Below are positions 20,513 through 28,354 of a DNA stretch of 64,000 bases, piece by piece. The stretch's first letter is position 1; each line of letters begins with the position of its first letter. Below the pieces are notes generated by a model. The model was not told the origin of the DNA. It worked only from the letters and a program-made list of their open reading frames with translations, and ran no database searches. A program made the translations under genes and the position numbers. Location of the stretch: positions 162,304-226,303 of IMG/VR virus record IMGVR_UViG_3300042319_002138; one strand, 5' to 3'.

Positions 20513-20600
20513 AATTTTTTAAAGGGAGCTTGTCTCCCTTTTTTTATTTTACTATACTTAATAATTAACGGTTTTATTATATTTATTTAATATTAAATTA

Positions 20601-20825
20601 TTGGAAATGACTAGAATAGAAGAGATATTTTTTGAGGCTTTTGAATTGGGTATTCAAAATAAAATGTACGACACAGTATCTAAAATGGTTGGTAGTGGCG
20701 ATTATAAATACGTGGAACTCCGCCAAATTTATGAAATTGCTTTTGAAAAAGAAAAAAAGGTTTTAATTAATAATAATTTATATGAACAAACAAACAGTTC
20801 AGAAGTTTATCAACCGAGAGCTTAA
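20601..20825 (+). CDS. Hypothetical protein
   Basis: ORF. Confidence 0.5.
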   Translation: MEMTRIEEIFFEAFELGIQNKMYDTVSKMVGSGDYKYVELRQIYEIAFEKEKKVLINNNLYEQTNSSEVYQPRA

Positions 20826-21513
20826 GGCTAAAGATATTTTCTATTTAAAAGAAGTTACCAAAAAAGAGGCTTACGATTTTGTTAAAACTTATCACTACTT
20901 GGGTGAAGCTAAATTTTTTGCTAAATTTTCTTATGCTGTAATTGATAGGGAGACTGAAGATATCATTGGTGTTGCTACTTTCTCTAATCCACAAGGTAAT
21001 GTAGCTTTAAAGGGTTGGTTTGGTTTATCCAATGATAACCAAACGGTTTTAGAACTTAGTAGACTTTGTGTTTTACCTGAATTAAATGGTACAAACCTAA
21101 CTTCATACCTATTAGGTGGTAGTATTAGATTACTAAAAAAAGAAGGTGTTAAGGCAGTTATAACATTAGCGGATGATAGTAGACATAGCGGTAGTATATA
21201 TCAGGTCTGTAACTTCACCTATTACGGCTTAACAGATAAGAAATCAGATTTTTTTAGATGGGATGGTAAGGTTAACCCTAGAGGTTCAACAAAAGAAGTC
21301 CAAGGTGTTTGGATTCCTAGAACAAGGAAACATAGATATGCTTATATTATTGATAAATCTTTAAAGTGCTTATATATTGAAGAAATGAGACCACAAAAAG
21401 GTGATACAAATGAATATGATTGTTGTGCCGGTAAAAAACAAATTTACGACAATAGATTTAAAAAATGGTATTCTTGCCCCAAATGTGATGAAATAACTGA
21501 ATTAGCTTTTTAA
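20782..21513 (+). CDS. Mom-like (GNAT-fold) DNA modification protein
   Basis: 'VKTYHYL', 'LELSRLCV', 'ADDSRHSGSIYQVCNFTYYG', 'KHRYAY'. Confidence 0.7.
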   Translation: MNKQTVQKFINRELKAKDIFYLKEVTKKEAYDFVKTYHYLGEAKFFAKFSYAVIDRETEDIIGVATFSNPQGNVALKGWFGLSNDNQTVLELSRLCVLPELNGTNLTSYLLGGSIRLLKKEGVKAVITLADDSRHSGSIYQVCNFTYYGLTDKKSDFFRWDGKVNPRGSTKEVQGVWIPRTRKHRYAYIIDKSLKCLYIEEMRPQKGDTNEYDCCAGKKQIYDNRFKKWYSCPKCDEITELAF

Positions 21514-21514
21514 A

Positions 21515-22309
21515 ATGAAATATTTTTTTGAAATTAAAGAGATAGATAAAACTCTTGCTATAGAATTTGTACAAGAAAGACACTATTCAAAAGTAATGCC
21601 TAAATTAACCAAACATTGGTTAGGTTGTTTTTTAAACAATGAGTTAGTTGGTGTTGTTACATTGGGGTGGGGGACACAACCCTTACAAACAATTAAAAAG
21701 TTATTCCCGAACTTAAAATCAGAGGATTATTACGAAATTGGTAAGATGTGTATGGATGATTCTATGCCTAGAAATTCAGAGTCACAGATGTTAGCTCAAG
21801 TAGTTAGATGGATGAAAACTAATTTACCTGAAAAGAAATTTCTTTATACATGGGCAGATGGAATTGTGGGTAAAGTTGGGTATGTGTACCAAGGGTCTAA
21901 TTTTTATTATGGTAATTTTATTTGGACCGATATCTACATATCACCTTTAGGGGAGAAAATACACCCAAGAAGTTCAAAAGCTTTATTGAAAGAAAATGCT
22001 GAATTTTCGGGTAAAGAAAAATTATTTTGGATGACCCCTGATTTTATAAAAATAAAAGGTATTCGTAGAATTAGAGGAAAACAATTTAGATATATATACC
22101 CCCTGAATAAAAAATCAAAAGAACTTTTAAGAAGAGAATCTACGGTAGTATGGAACAAAATATACCCAAAAGAAGTTGACCTGTTATGGAAAGAACAAAA
22201 AGGTAAAGGTGATTATGTTTTATTAACGAGTAAACCTGAAATGAATTTAAGTGTTGTTGAATATAATCAAAACAATGTTAATGCACATAAAAAGTTAAAG
22301 AAATCTTAG
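21515..22309 (+). CDS. Second Mom-like (GNAT-fold) DNA modification protein
   Basis: 'VQERHYS', 'YEIGKMC', 'WADGIVGKVGYVYQGSNFYYG', 'KQFRYIY'. Confidence 0.7.
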   Translation: MKYFFEIKEIDKTLAIEFVQERHYSKVMPKLTKHWLGCFLNNELVGVVTLGWGTQPLQTIKKLFPNLKSEDYYEIGKMCMDDSMPRNSESQMLAQVVRWMKTNLPEKKFLYTWADGIVGKVGYVYQGSNFYYGNFIWTDIYISPLGEKIHPRSSKALLKENAEFSGKEKLFWMTPDFIKIKGIRRIRGKQFRYIYPLNKKSKELLRRESTVVWNKIYPKEVDLLWKEQKGKGDYVLLTSKPEMNLSVVEYNQNNVNAHKKLKKS

Positions 22310-22320
22310 GATATTTATTA

Positions 22321-23226
22321 TTGATGAAAAAAACTATTAGAAAAGTATTAAGAGAAGAACAATTATCATTGTTCGATGATTACGAAGACACCAGTTATAA
22401 AATATGTTCCCATTTTAAAGATGAGGACCAGCAGAACCTATGTTCAAATTTAAATTCTCTTGGTAAATTTTTATATTCAGAGGATGGTTTAGGTTTACAA
22501 AGAATCATTGATTTTAAAACCAACCAAATGAAAAAACTTGTTGATTTAAACAATCAATACCAAGAACCACTAGCTATTTTATGGGAAACAGGTAAATACA
22601 ATCAATCAGGTAGATATGATTATATCTCAAAAGAAAATGACTACTATCAAAATGAGGCCATGAAATCTGTTAATAGAGTTTATGATGATAATGGTAAATG
22701 GGATTCTATTAATAAATTAAACACAAATTATTCTGATTTAGCTGAACTATTAACAGAATTATTTATCAGAGGTAATATGGTAGGTACCCTAAAAGATAAA
22801 AACGCTTTAGGATTAAGGAAGTATCTTATATCTATTAAAGATAAGTTAGAAAGAGTTATAGATAAGTATATAAAATTAGATGAGTTTAAATCTTTCGTAA
22901 GAAATACAAAACACTTATCAAAAATAGGTGAAAAAGCTGAAAACGATGTTAAAAACATTTTAACAAAGGCTCAAATAGATACAGTGTATCAGGGGGGTGA
23001 TGGGGACTTTGTTGATATGATTTTTGGTGTAGACCTTATAGTGAATTCTGGTGGTGAGGTTTATACGATACAAGTTAAGAGTAATGAGATTCAGGCAAAA
23101 GAATCTAGAGGATTAAAAAAATATGGAAAGATTGACTTTACTGCTTCACCTACCGATTATGGTATTATTATGTTTGATATAGATAATAACGAATTAAAAT
23201 TCGATAAAAATGGTGATGAAATCTAA
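22321..23226 (+). CDS. PD-(D/E)xK nuclease-like protein with MKKTIRKVLREE tag
   Basis: 'GEKAE...DMIFGVDLIV...YTIQVK'. Confidence 0.55.
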   Translation: MMKKTIRKVLREEQLSLFDDYEDTSYKICSHFKDEDQQNLCSNLNSLGKFLYSEDGLGLQRIIDFKTNQMKKLVDLNNQYQEPLAILWETGKYNQSGRYDYISKENDYYQNEAMKSVNRVYDDNGKWDSINKLNTNYSDLAELLTELFIRGNMVGTLKDKNALGLRKYLISIKDKLERVIDKYIKLDEFKSFVRNTKHLSKIGEKAENDVKNILTKAQIDTVYQGGDGDFVDMIFGVDLIVNSGGEVYTIQVKSNEIQAKESRGLKKYGKIDFTASPTDYGIIMFDIDNNELKFDKNGDEI

Positions 23227-23229
23227 TAA

Positions 23230-23466
23230 ATGGAACCAAAAAAACTTTTAAAAATACATAGTTTTTTATATGGTATAAATGAAATCTTAGGATATAAGGG
23301 TAATACTATTATAGAGACTGATTATATCTACGCACCATATTTACCTATGTTTATAGAAGAAGATTTTAGACCTAGGCAAGGGATTGCTTCAAGGTATGCA
23401 CGAAAAATCGTGAATAACAATTTTTATGGGAGAGTTACACTTGGAGCCGATACGCAAAATACCTAA
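23230..23466 (+). CDS. Short protein matching the C-terminal segment of a T4 gp23-like major capsid protein
   Basis: 'YIYAPYLPM...FRPRQGIASRYA...FYGRV'. Confidence 0.7.
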   Translation: MEPKKLLKIHSFLYGINEILGYKGNTIIETDYIYAPYLPMFIEEDFRPRQGIASRYARKIVNNNFYGRVTLGADTQNT

Positions 23467-23851
23467 ATTTAATTTTGACAATTCAATAAATTTTAATTTT
23501 AATTCTTACACTGTTAATGCGGGTGCAAGAACAATACGTGCAACATGGTCACCCGAATTAGCACAAGATTTACAAGCATACCACGGGATAGACGCTGAGG
23601 CTGAATTAACGAGGTTATTATCTGAGGAATGGGCTAGAAGTATTGATAGAGAAATTATTAATACTCTTCTTGCTCAAGATTTAATAACCGTACAACCATT
23701 AGGCCGACCAATCGGTCATCTTTTTTATTTCGATTCCCAATACGAAACATTCGAACCTAAAGTTTATGACGATGGTTCTTGGAGTCTAAAAAATATTTTT
23801 GAAAGTTCCATTGGTTTTAAAATAGAAATATCCCCACATAAGTTTATTTAA
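23426..23851 (+). CDS. Short protein matching middle then N-terminal segments of a gp23-like capsid protein
   Basis: 'VNAGARTIRATWSPELAQDLQAYHGIDAEAELTRLLSEE...IDREII' followed by 'LITVQPLGRPIGHLFYFD'. Confidence 0.75.
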   Translation: MGELHLEPIRKIPKFNFDNSINFNFNSYTVNAGARTIRATWSPELAQDLQAYHGIDAEAELTRLLSEEWARSIDREIINTLLAQDLITVQPLGRPIGHLFYFDSQYETFEPKVYDDGSWSLKNIFESSIGFKIEISPHKFI

Positions 23852-23870
23852 TTAATTTTGCCGATATTTA

Positions 23871-24209
23871 TTGTTAAATGAATTTAACGTGCAAAATAAC
23901 CTTTTCAATAGATTTTTATTGTTATTGGGATTTTTTAAATTTAAAAAAACTGAATCAAAAGATGAGGCTTTTAATAGATTAAAAAAATTAGTTCTTTCTG
24001 TTAAAAATAGGGAGGATTTAATTAATGCTGTTAAACTAATAAACCACTTTAATAAAACTTATGAAATAAATCCTGAATCAGCGGAATTTATTTATTTTAA
24101 CAAAATAGTTAATTTAATGAGATTGATTATTCGTAAAAAACATAAGAAAAGTGGTGACAAAAATGACGAGGGTCAGTGGAAATGCGAAATAGAATTAGAA
24201 AGATATTAA
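23871..24209 (+). CDS. Hypothetical protein
   Basis: ORF; start uncertain. Confidence 0.5.
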   Translation: MLNEFNVQNNLFNRFLLLLGFFKFKKTESKDEAFNRLKKLVLSVKNREDLINAVKLINHFNKTYEINPESAEFIYFNKIVNLMRLIIRKKHKKSGDKNDEGQWKCEIELERY

Positions 24210-25552
24210 AAGAAAATTCTGATGAGTTAGGTAATTGGTTTAATGAAATCGAACCGACCTTTAAAAATTGGAATTTTGAGTTTGATGGTAAACACGAATA
24301 TTGGGTCGATTTAACTAAAATGACTAAAGATGAAATTAGTGTTGTTGCTGATTACATTTTAAAATGTTTACCAAACATTAGTGGGTTACGAAAAACTAAG
24401 TTTAAAAATTTAGGAGATTATGATGGTGTTGTCATTCATTGCGGTAGTGAAGATAATGATTATTATCCCACAGAAAATTATGTATGTTTTATGGAGTTTT
24501 CTTTTGATGATGACGAAGAAAAAAATAATAGTATTTATATTGACGGTAGAGAAGTGTATGAGTACATCAAAATCAAAGAAGAACAAAATTTAAAAGAAAG
24601 TTTAAATTGGTCTGATAAAGACACAATTAATTGGGATAAAGACCCTAATTGGGGTACTGATAACTATTATGGCCCTGACACTAACAATTGGACAACCGAT
24701 ACAGCAAAAAGCCAATGGGTACAAGGTGATGGAGGTGGTGTCTCAAAATCATCAGAAGATACAATGTCAGAAGAAGATGAAATAGAATTTGGTGACGATT
24801 TTGATTGGGCTAAAAATACTGGGGTACAACCAAATTATAATGGACATCCACAAGGTGTGGTTTATCTTCGTGACCATGATGAAATTGATGAATTTTGTGA
24901 TATTATAGAAACTTATAATGGTGGTGAATTACCTAGAGGTAATGTAAGAGAAAATTTACATAGTGGTTTAGAAAATAGTAGGGATGAATTAGAGGGTAGT
25001 GACTATAACCCTTCTAATGCTGTAATATCAGTCTCATTTTTTGTAGAAAAAAACAAACCCAGTTTATTGTCCGTTGGTTATTGGGGTTATGATGTAGCTG
25101 ACAGGTCAATTTTTGAATGGTTAGAAGATGGTGACACATTTAACAATGAATATGAATTATATACCAATTTAAATCAAGTTAAAAAGGTTTTTGAAGATTA
25201 TCAAAATCCTGAATTAGTGAAAGAATCTACTGACCCAGAATGGGAGTGGCTAAATGATGTACCTGTTACAATCCCATTTGAAATGGTTGAATTACATAAA
25301 AAATATAAAATAGAAGTAAAAGAAGATTTACGAGACGCTATTGAGTCATGTGGTGATAATTCAAGAATATTTGTACAAGGGTATTACGGTGTTGTCACCA
25401 AAACTGATACAATATCTTATAATCGAATACATTGTGATTCAGAAATAGAAGATGAAGTTTTTACTTTACAATTATATTTTTATGATATAGATGATAATAA
25501 AATTAGTTACTTTTGGGTATCCTCTAATATGGTAGATTTTTACGAAATATAA
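24182..25552 (+). CDS. Acidic multi-module protein with MRNRIRKILKE tag and internal LKES/VKES repeats
   Basis: Internal 'NLKESLNW' and 'LVKESTDPEWEWL'. Confidence 0.65.
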   Translation: MRNRIRKILKENSDELGNWFNEIEPTFKNWNFEFDGKHEYWVDLTKMTKDEISVVADYILKCLPNISGLRKTKFKNLGDYDGVVIHCGSEDNDYYPTENYVCFMEFSFDDDEEKNNSIYIDGREVYEYIKIKEEQNLKESLNWSDKDTINWDKDPNWGTDNYYGPDTNNWTTDTAKSQWVQGDGGGVSKSSEDTMSEEDEIEFGDDFDWAKNTGVQPNYNGHPQGVVYLRDHDEIDEFCDIIETYNGGELPRGNVRENLHSGLENSRDELEGSDYNPSNAVISVSFFVEKNKPSLLSVGYWGYDVADRSIFEWLEDGDTFNNEYELYTNLNQVKKVFEDYQNPELVKESTDPEWEWLNDVPVTIPFEMVELHKKYKIEVKEDLRDAIESCGDNSRIFVQGYYGVVTKTDTISYNRIHCDSEIEDEVFTLQLYFYDIDDNKISYFWVSSNMVDFYEI

Positions 25553-25980
25553 TGAGAAATTTAATTAAAAAAATATTAAAAGAATCTACTGACCCAGATT
25601 GGGCATGGCTAGATGAGATACCACCAATTATAGATGGTTGGGATTTATATCATAACAAATTAAAAGGTGAATCTTTTACAATAAATCTTAAATCTGAAGT
25701 TATGACTGATGATTGTGTTGATGAATACTTCCCAGATGATGTTGATTATGAATCTGAAGTAAAAGTAATATTAGTAGAAGTGGTACCAAAAATGAGGGTA
25801 AAAACAAATGGTTGTTATACTAAAGAGGTAGAAGTATTATTATTAAAATTTTATGAAAGTACTAATGGACATGATGGGATTAGTGACAATTTTAGTGGTG
25901 AAAAAAATGGGGAGATTGCTAATATGTGTGATAATAGATGTTGGTGGGTTTACCCTGGGTTAATAAACGTAAATTATTAA
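25552..25980 (+). CDS. Acidic protein with MRNLIKKILKESTDPDW tag
   Basis: N-terminus repeats the internal 'KESTDPEWEWL' of the upstream gene. Confidence 0.65.
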   Translation: MRNLIKKILKESTDPDWAWLDEIPPIIDGWDLYHNKLKGESFTINLKSEVMTDDCVDEYFPDDVDYESEVKVILVEVVPKMRVKTNGCYTKEVEVLLLKFYESTNGHDGISDNFSGEKNGEIANMCDNRCWWVYPGLINVNY

Positions 25981-26154
25981 AGATTTCTTAACATTAGATA
26001 TTTGTCCTTTTTACTTTTATGACCTATATATTGTTATATGAAAATAATATTATTAACACTAATAATAACAACAATCACATTTTTATTACTGACAGTCTCA
26101 AAAGACAGAAAAGAGTATTTTGATTATTACGGAAAAAAGTAATATCTTTGTCTT

Positions 26155-26364
26155 ATGGAAATAATTGATTATACTTGGTTCACAACATCCCAAACAGTTG
26201 GTATTGTTTTAGTTAAAGACCCCTATGATGGGTATAAAGCATATATTGGTGTGGCGAAGGGTGGTAACGAACTTGACGATGTTACCCATATTACAAAATG
26301 GGGGAGTAGTTTCCCTATCGAAGCGGCAAAAAAATTATTTACACACATAAATTTTACAAATTAA
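26155..26364 (+). CDS. Hypothetical protein
   Basis: TATCTTTG promoter upstream. Confidence 0.6.
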   Translation: MEIIDYTWFTTSQTVGIVLVKDPYDGYKAYIGVAKGGNELDDVTHITKWGSSFPIEAAKKLFTHINFTN

Positions 26365-26394
26365 TTGACAATTTAAAAACTTTTATTATCTTTG
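26365..26394 (+). promoter_or_regulatory. Bacteroidota-type promoter for leader 1 / tRNA cluster 1
   Basis: TTGACA at 26365 and -7 element TATCTTTG at 26387. Confidence 0.75.
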
Positions 26395-26423
26395 TAACAT
26401 ATTTAATTAATAAGAATAAAAAA

Positions 26424-26534
26424 ATGATAACAAATAACATACATATCAGCAATCGTAATCAGTGGTATCAGCCGTGTTTTATTAACAATGGTAAGGGTAT
26501 GTTATGTGTAAATGGAAGTGAGGAAATAATTTAA
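26424..26534 (+). CDS. Leader peptide 1 (36 aa, MITNNIHISNRNQWYQPCFINNGKGMLCVNGSEEII)
   Basis: Short ORF between promoter and terminator; codons mirror tRNA cluster 1. Confidence 0.8.
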   Translation: MITNNIHISNRNQWYQPCFINNGKGMLCVNGSEEII

Positions 26535-26560
26535 TCACAGAAGTAAATAAAAATATAACA

Positions 26561-26590
26561 AACCCAATTCCAAAAGAGTTGGGTTTTTTG
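26561..26590 (+). terminator. Attenuator terminator of tRNA cluster 1
   Basis: AACCCAATTC-caaaa-GAGTTGGGTT plus T-tract; competing pairing 26495-26505 with 26555-26565. Confidence 0.8.
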
Positions 26591-26604
26591 TTTATAAAAA
26601 AAAA

Positions 26605-26678
26605 CGATGTGTATATCAGTTGGTTAGATAGACACTCTGATAAGGTGTAGGTCGGAGGTTCGAGCCCTCCCACATCGA
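26605..26678 (+). tRNA. tRNA-Ile(GAU)
   Basis: Cloverleaf; anticodon loop CTGATAA. Confidence 0.93.
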
Positions 26679-26718
26679 CAAAAAAGAAAAAGTTCTTTGA
26701 TGTATTGGTATTAGTAAT

Positions 26719-26791
26719 GACTCAGTAGCTCAATTGGTAGAGCTCCACACTGTTAATGTGGCCGTTACAGGTTCAAGTCCTGTCTGAGTCG
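26719..26791 (+). tRNA. tRNA-Asn(GUU)
   Basis: Cloverleaf; loop CTGTTAA. Confidence 0.93.
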
Positions 26792-26794
26792 CTG

Positions 26795-26915
26795 AGGTTG
26801 ATTGGGGAATGATATAACGTTAACGTGTCAGTAGTCGTGGTTATATCGGAGTTGTAACTGTCCGAGTAAAGCCAATCGTAAAAGGGGATGTCCACACAAC
26901 CATCTTCCCCTTTCC
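26795..26915 (+). ncRNA. Candidate structured RNA between tRNA-Asn and tRNA-Tyr
   Basis: GATTGG/CCAATC, GATATAAC/GTTATATC and GGGGATG/CATCTTCC stems. Confidence 0.5.
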
Positions 26916-26921
26916 TAACTT

Positions 26922-27002
26922 GGGAACTGAAAGTCGTTTGGATACGGCAGCGAAACTGTAAATTTCGTCCTCGCGGGAGTGGTTCGAGTCCACCAGGTCC
27001 CA
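26922..27002 (+). tRNA. tRNA-Tyr(GUA), atypical D arm
   Basis: Loop CTGTAAA, T arm GGTTCGAGTCC, acceptor GGGAACT/AGGTCCC. Confidence 0.75.
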
Positions 27003-27070
27003 CAAAAAAAAATAAATGTAATATAAGTGGATTTTAACTCTGTTTGTTATATTTATAATAAAAGAATATT

Positions 27071-27520
27071 ATGAAACAGAGAGAAGTTAAAATTACTGAT
27101 GAAGAAATAAAGTTGGCATATGACAAATACGACACACTACATCAGGCATCCGCAGAATTAAAAATGACTACTGTGTCATTATGGAGAAGGGCAAAAAAAA
27201 TTGGTTTAGCCTGGAAAGATAAAAACTTTAAACCTGAACAACAAAAAATACCTTTAAACGAGATTATAGAAGGTAAACATCCGTACTACCAAACCTTAAA
27301 ATTAAAAAAAAGGTTATTGAAAGAAGGGGTTAAAGAAAATAAGTGTGATATTTGCGGTATAATAGATTGGAATAATATAGAGTTATCAATGCAATTAGAC
27401 CATATTGATGGTGACTCACACAACCACAAATTGGATAATTTAAGGATGGTTTGCCCTAACTGCCATTCACAAACAAACACTTATTGTGGTAAAAATAAAA
27501 AAATCAAAGCGGAAATTTGA
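27071..27520 (+). CDS. HNH homing endonuclease inside tRNA cluster 1
   Basis: 'KCDICG...QLDHIDGDSHNHKLDNLRMVCPNCH'. Confidence 0.9.
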   Translation: MKQREVKITDEEIKLAYDKYDTLHQASAELKMTTVSLWRRAKKIGLAWKDKNFKPEQQKIPLNEIIEGKHPYYQTLKLKKRLLKEGVKENKCDICGIIDWNNIELSMQLDHIDGDSHNHKLDNLRMVCPNCHSQTNTYCGKNKKIKAEI

Positions 27521-27550
27521 AAACAACATGTCTTCCTGTATATTTTATAC

Positions 27551-27622
27551 GCGTCTTTGGTGTAATTGGTAGCACGGCTGGTTCCAACCCAGTCGGTCAG
27601 GGTTCGAGGCCTTGGGGATGTG
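27551..27622 (+). tRNA. tRNA-Trp(CCA)
   Basis: Loop TTCCAAC; G-U-rich acceptor. Confidence 0.8.
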
Positions 27623-27627
27623 CAAAT

Positions 27628-27703
27628 GGTGATGTAGCTCAGTTGGTAGAGCAAAGGACTGAAAATCCTTGTGTCGAAGGTTCAATTCCTTCCATCACCA
27701 CCA
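27628..27703 (+). tRNA. tRNA-Phe(GAA)
   Basis: Loop CTGAAAA; encoded CCA. Confidence 0.95.
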
Positions 27704-27707
27704 TTAT

Positions 27708-27782
27708 AGGGTAATGGACTAATTGGCAAGTCACCACGTTTGGGACGTGGGCATCGTGAGAGTTCGAGTCTCTCTTACCCTA
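27708..27782 (+). tRNA. tRNA-Pro(UGG)
   Basis: Loop TTTGGGA. Confidence 0.9.
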
Positions 27783-27790
27783 CTATACAA

Positions 27791-27863
27791 TGTCCTATGG
27801 TGTAATTGGCAACACGTCGGTTTTTGGTACCGAAGAGTCGAGGTTCGAACCCTTGTGGGACAA
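27791..27863 (+). tRNA. tRNA-Gln(UUG)
   Basis: Loop TTTTGGT. Confidence 0.9.
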
Positions 27864-27869
27864 CAATAT

Positions 27870-27943
27870 GGTGTTTGAAGCATTAAGGTGATGTACTAGT
27901 TTGTGGGACTAGGAAAGACGGGTCGGTACCGTCCTTACACCCA
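27870..27943 (+). tRNA. tRNA-His(GUG), non-canonical T loop
   Basis: Loop TTGTGGG; G-1 extended acceptor; T loop GTCGGTA. Confidence 0.75.
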
Positions 27944-27947
27944 AAAA

Positions 27948-28037
27948 GGAAAGGTGGGTGAGTGGCTAAAACCAACAATCTGCTAAGTTGTCGTACCTGT
28001 AAGGGTACCGAGGGTTCGAATCCCTCCCTTTCCTCCA
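27948..28037 (+). tRNA. tRNA-Ser(GCU)
   Basis: Loop CTGCTAA, long variable arm, CCA. Confidence 0.93.
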
Positions 28038-28040
28038 TAT

Positions 28041-28112
28041 GTGGATGTGATGTAACGGTTAACATGAGACTCTTATACAGTCTTCTCGGTGGTTCAACTC
28101 CACCCATCCATA
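28041..28112 (+). tRNA. tRNA-Ile(UAU)
   Basis: Anticodon arm AGACT-CTTATAC-AGTCT. Confidence 0.8.
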
Positions 28113-28117
28113 CTATT

Positions 28118-28191
28118 ACACTCTTAGCTCAATGGATTAGAGCACAACGTTACGGACGTTGGGGTTGGTGGTTCGAGTCCATCAGAGTGTA
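28118..28191 (+). tRNA. tRNA-Arg(ACG)
   Basis: Loop TTACGGA. Confidence 0.9.
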
Positions 28192-28200
28192 CAATAATAA

Positions 28201-28271
28201 GGCACCATGCCCGAGTGGTTAGGGGTCGGTCTGCAAAACCGCTTACATTGGTTCGAACCCAATTGGTGCCT
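28201..28271 (+). tRNA. tRNA-Cys(GCA)
   Basis: Loop CTGCAAA. Confidence 0.92.
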
Positions 28272-28354
28272 CTATCTTTAATTTCTTTTATATTCAATAT
28301 AGGCCCAAACACCAACAAATATTGGGGTTAGTATAGCAATAACTATTTCTGTAT

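Noticed and set aside
26424-26534. Ile/Asn richness of leader 1 taken alone as evidence
   Set aside because: AT bias alone gives Ile and Asn; the argument rests on the rarer W, Y, Q, P, C, F, H and CGT/AGC codons and on the contrast with leaders 2 and 3
26482-28318. Track ORFs overlapping tRNA cluster 1 (26482, 26773, 27517, 27883, 27962, 28124)
   Set aside because: Shadows of tRNA genes; likewise 43812, 45073 and 45660
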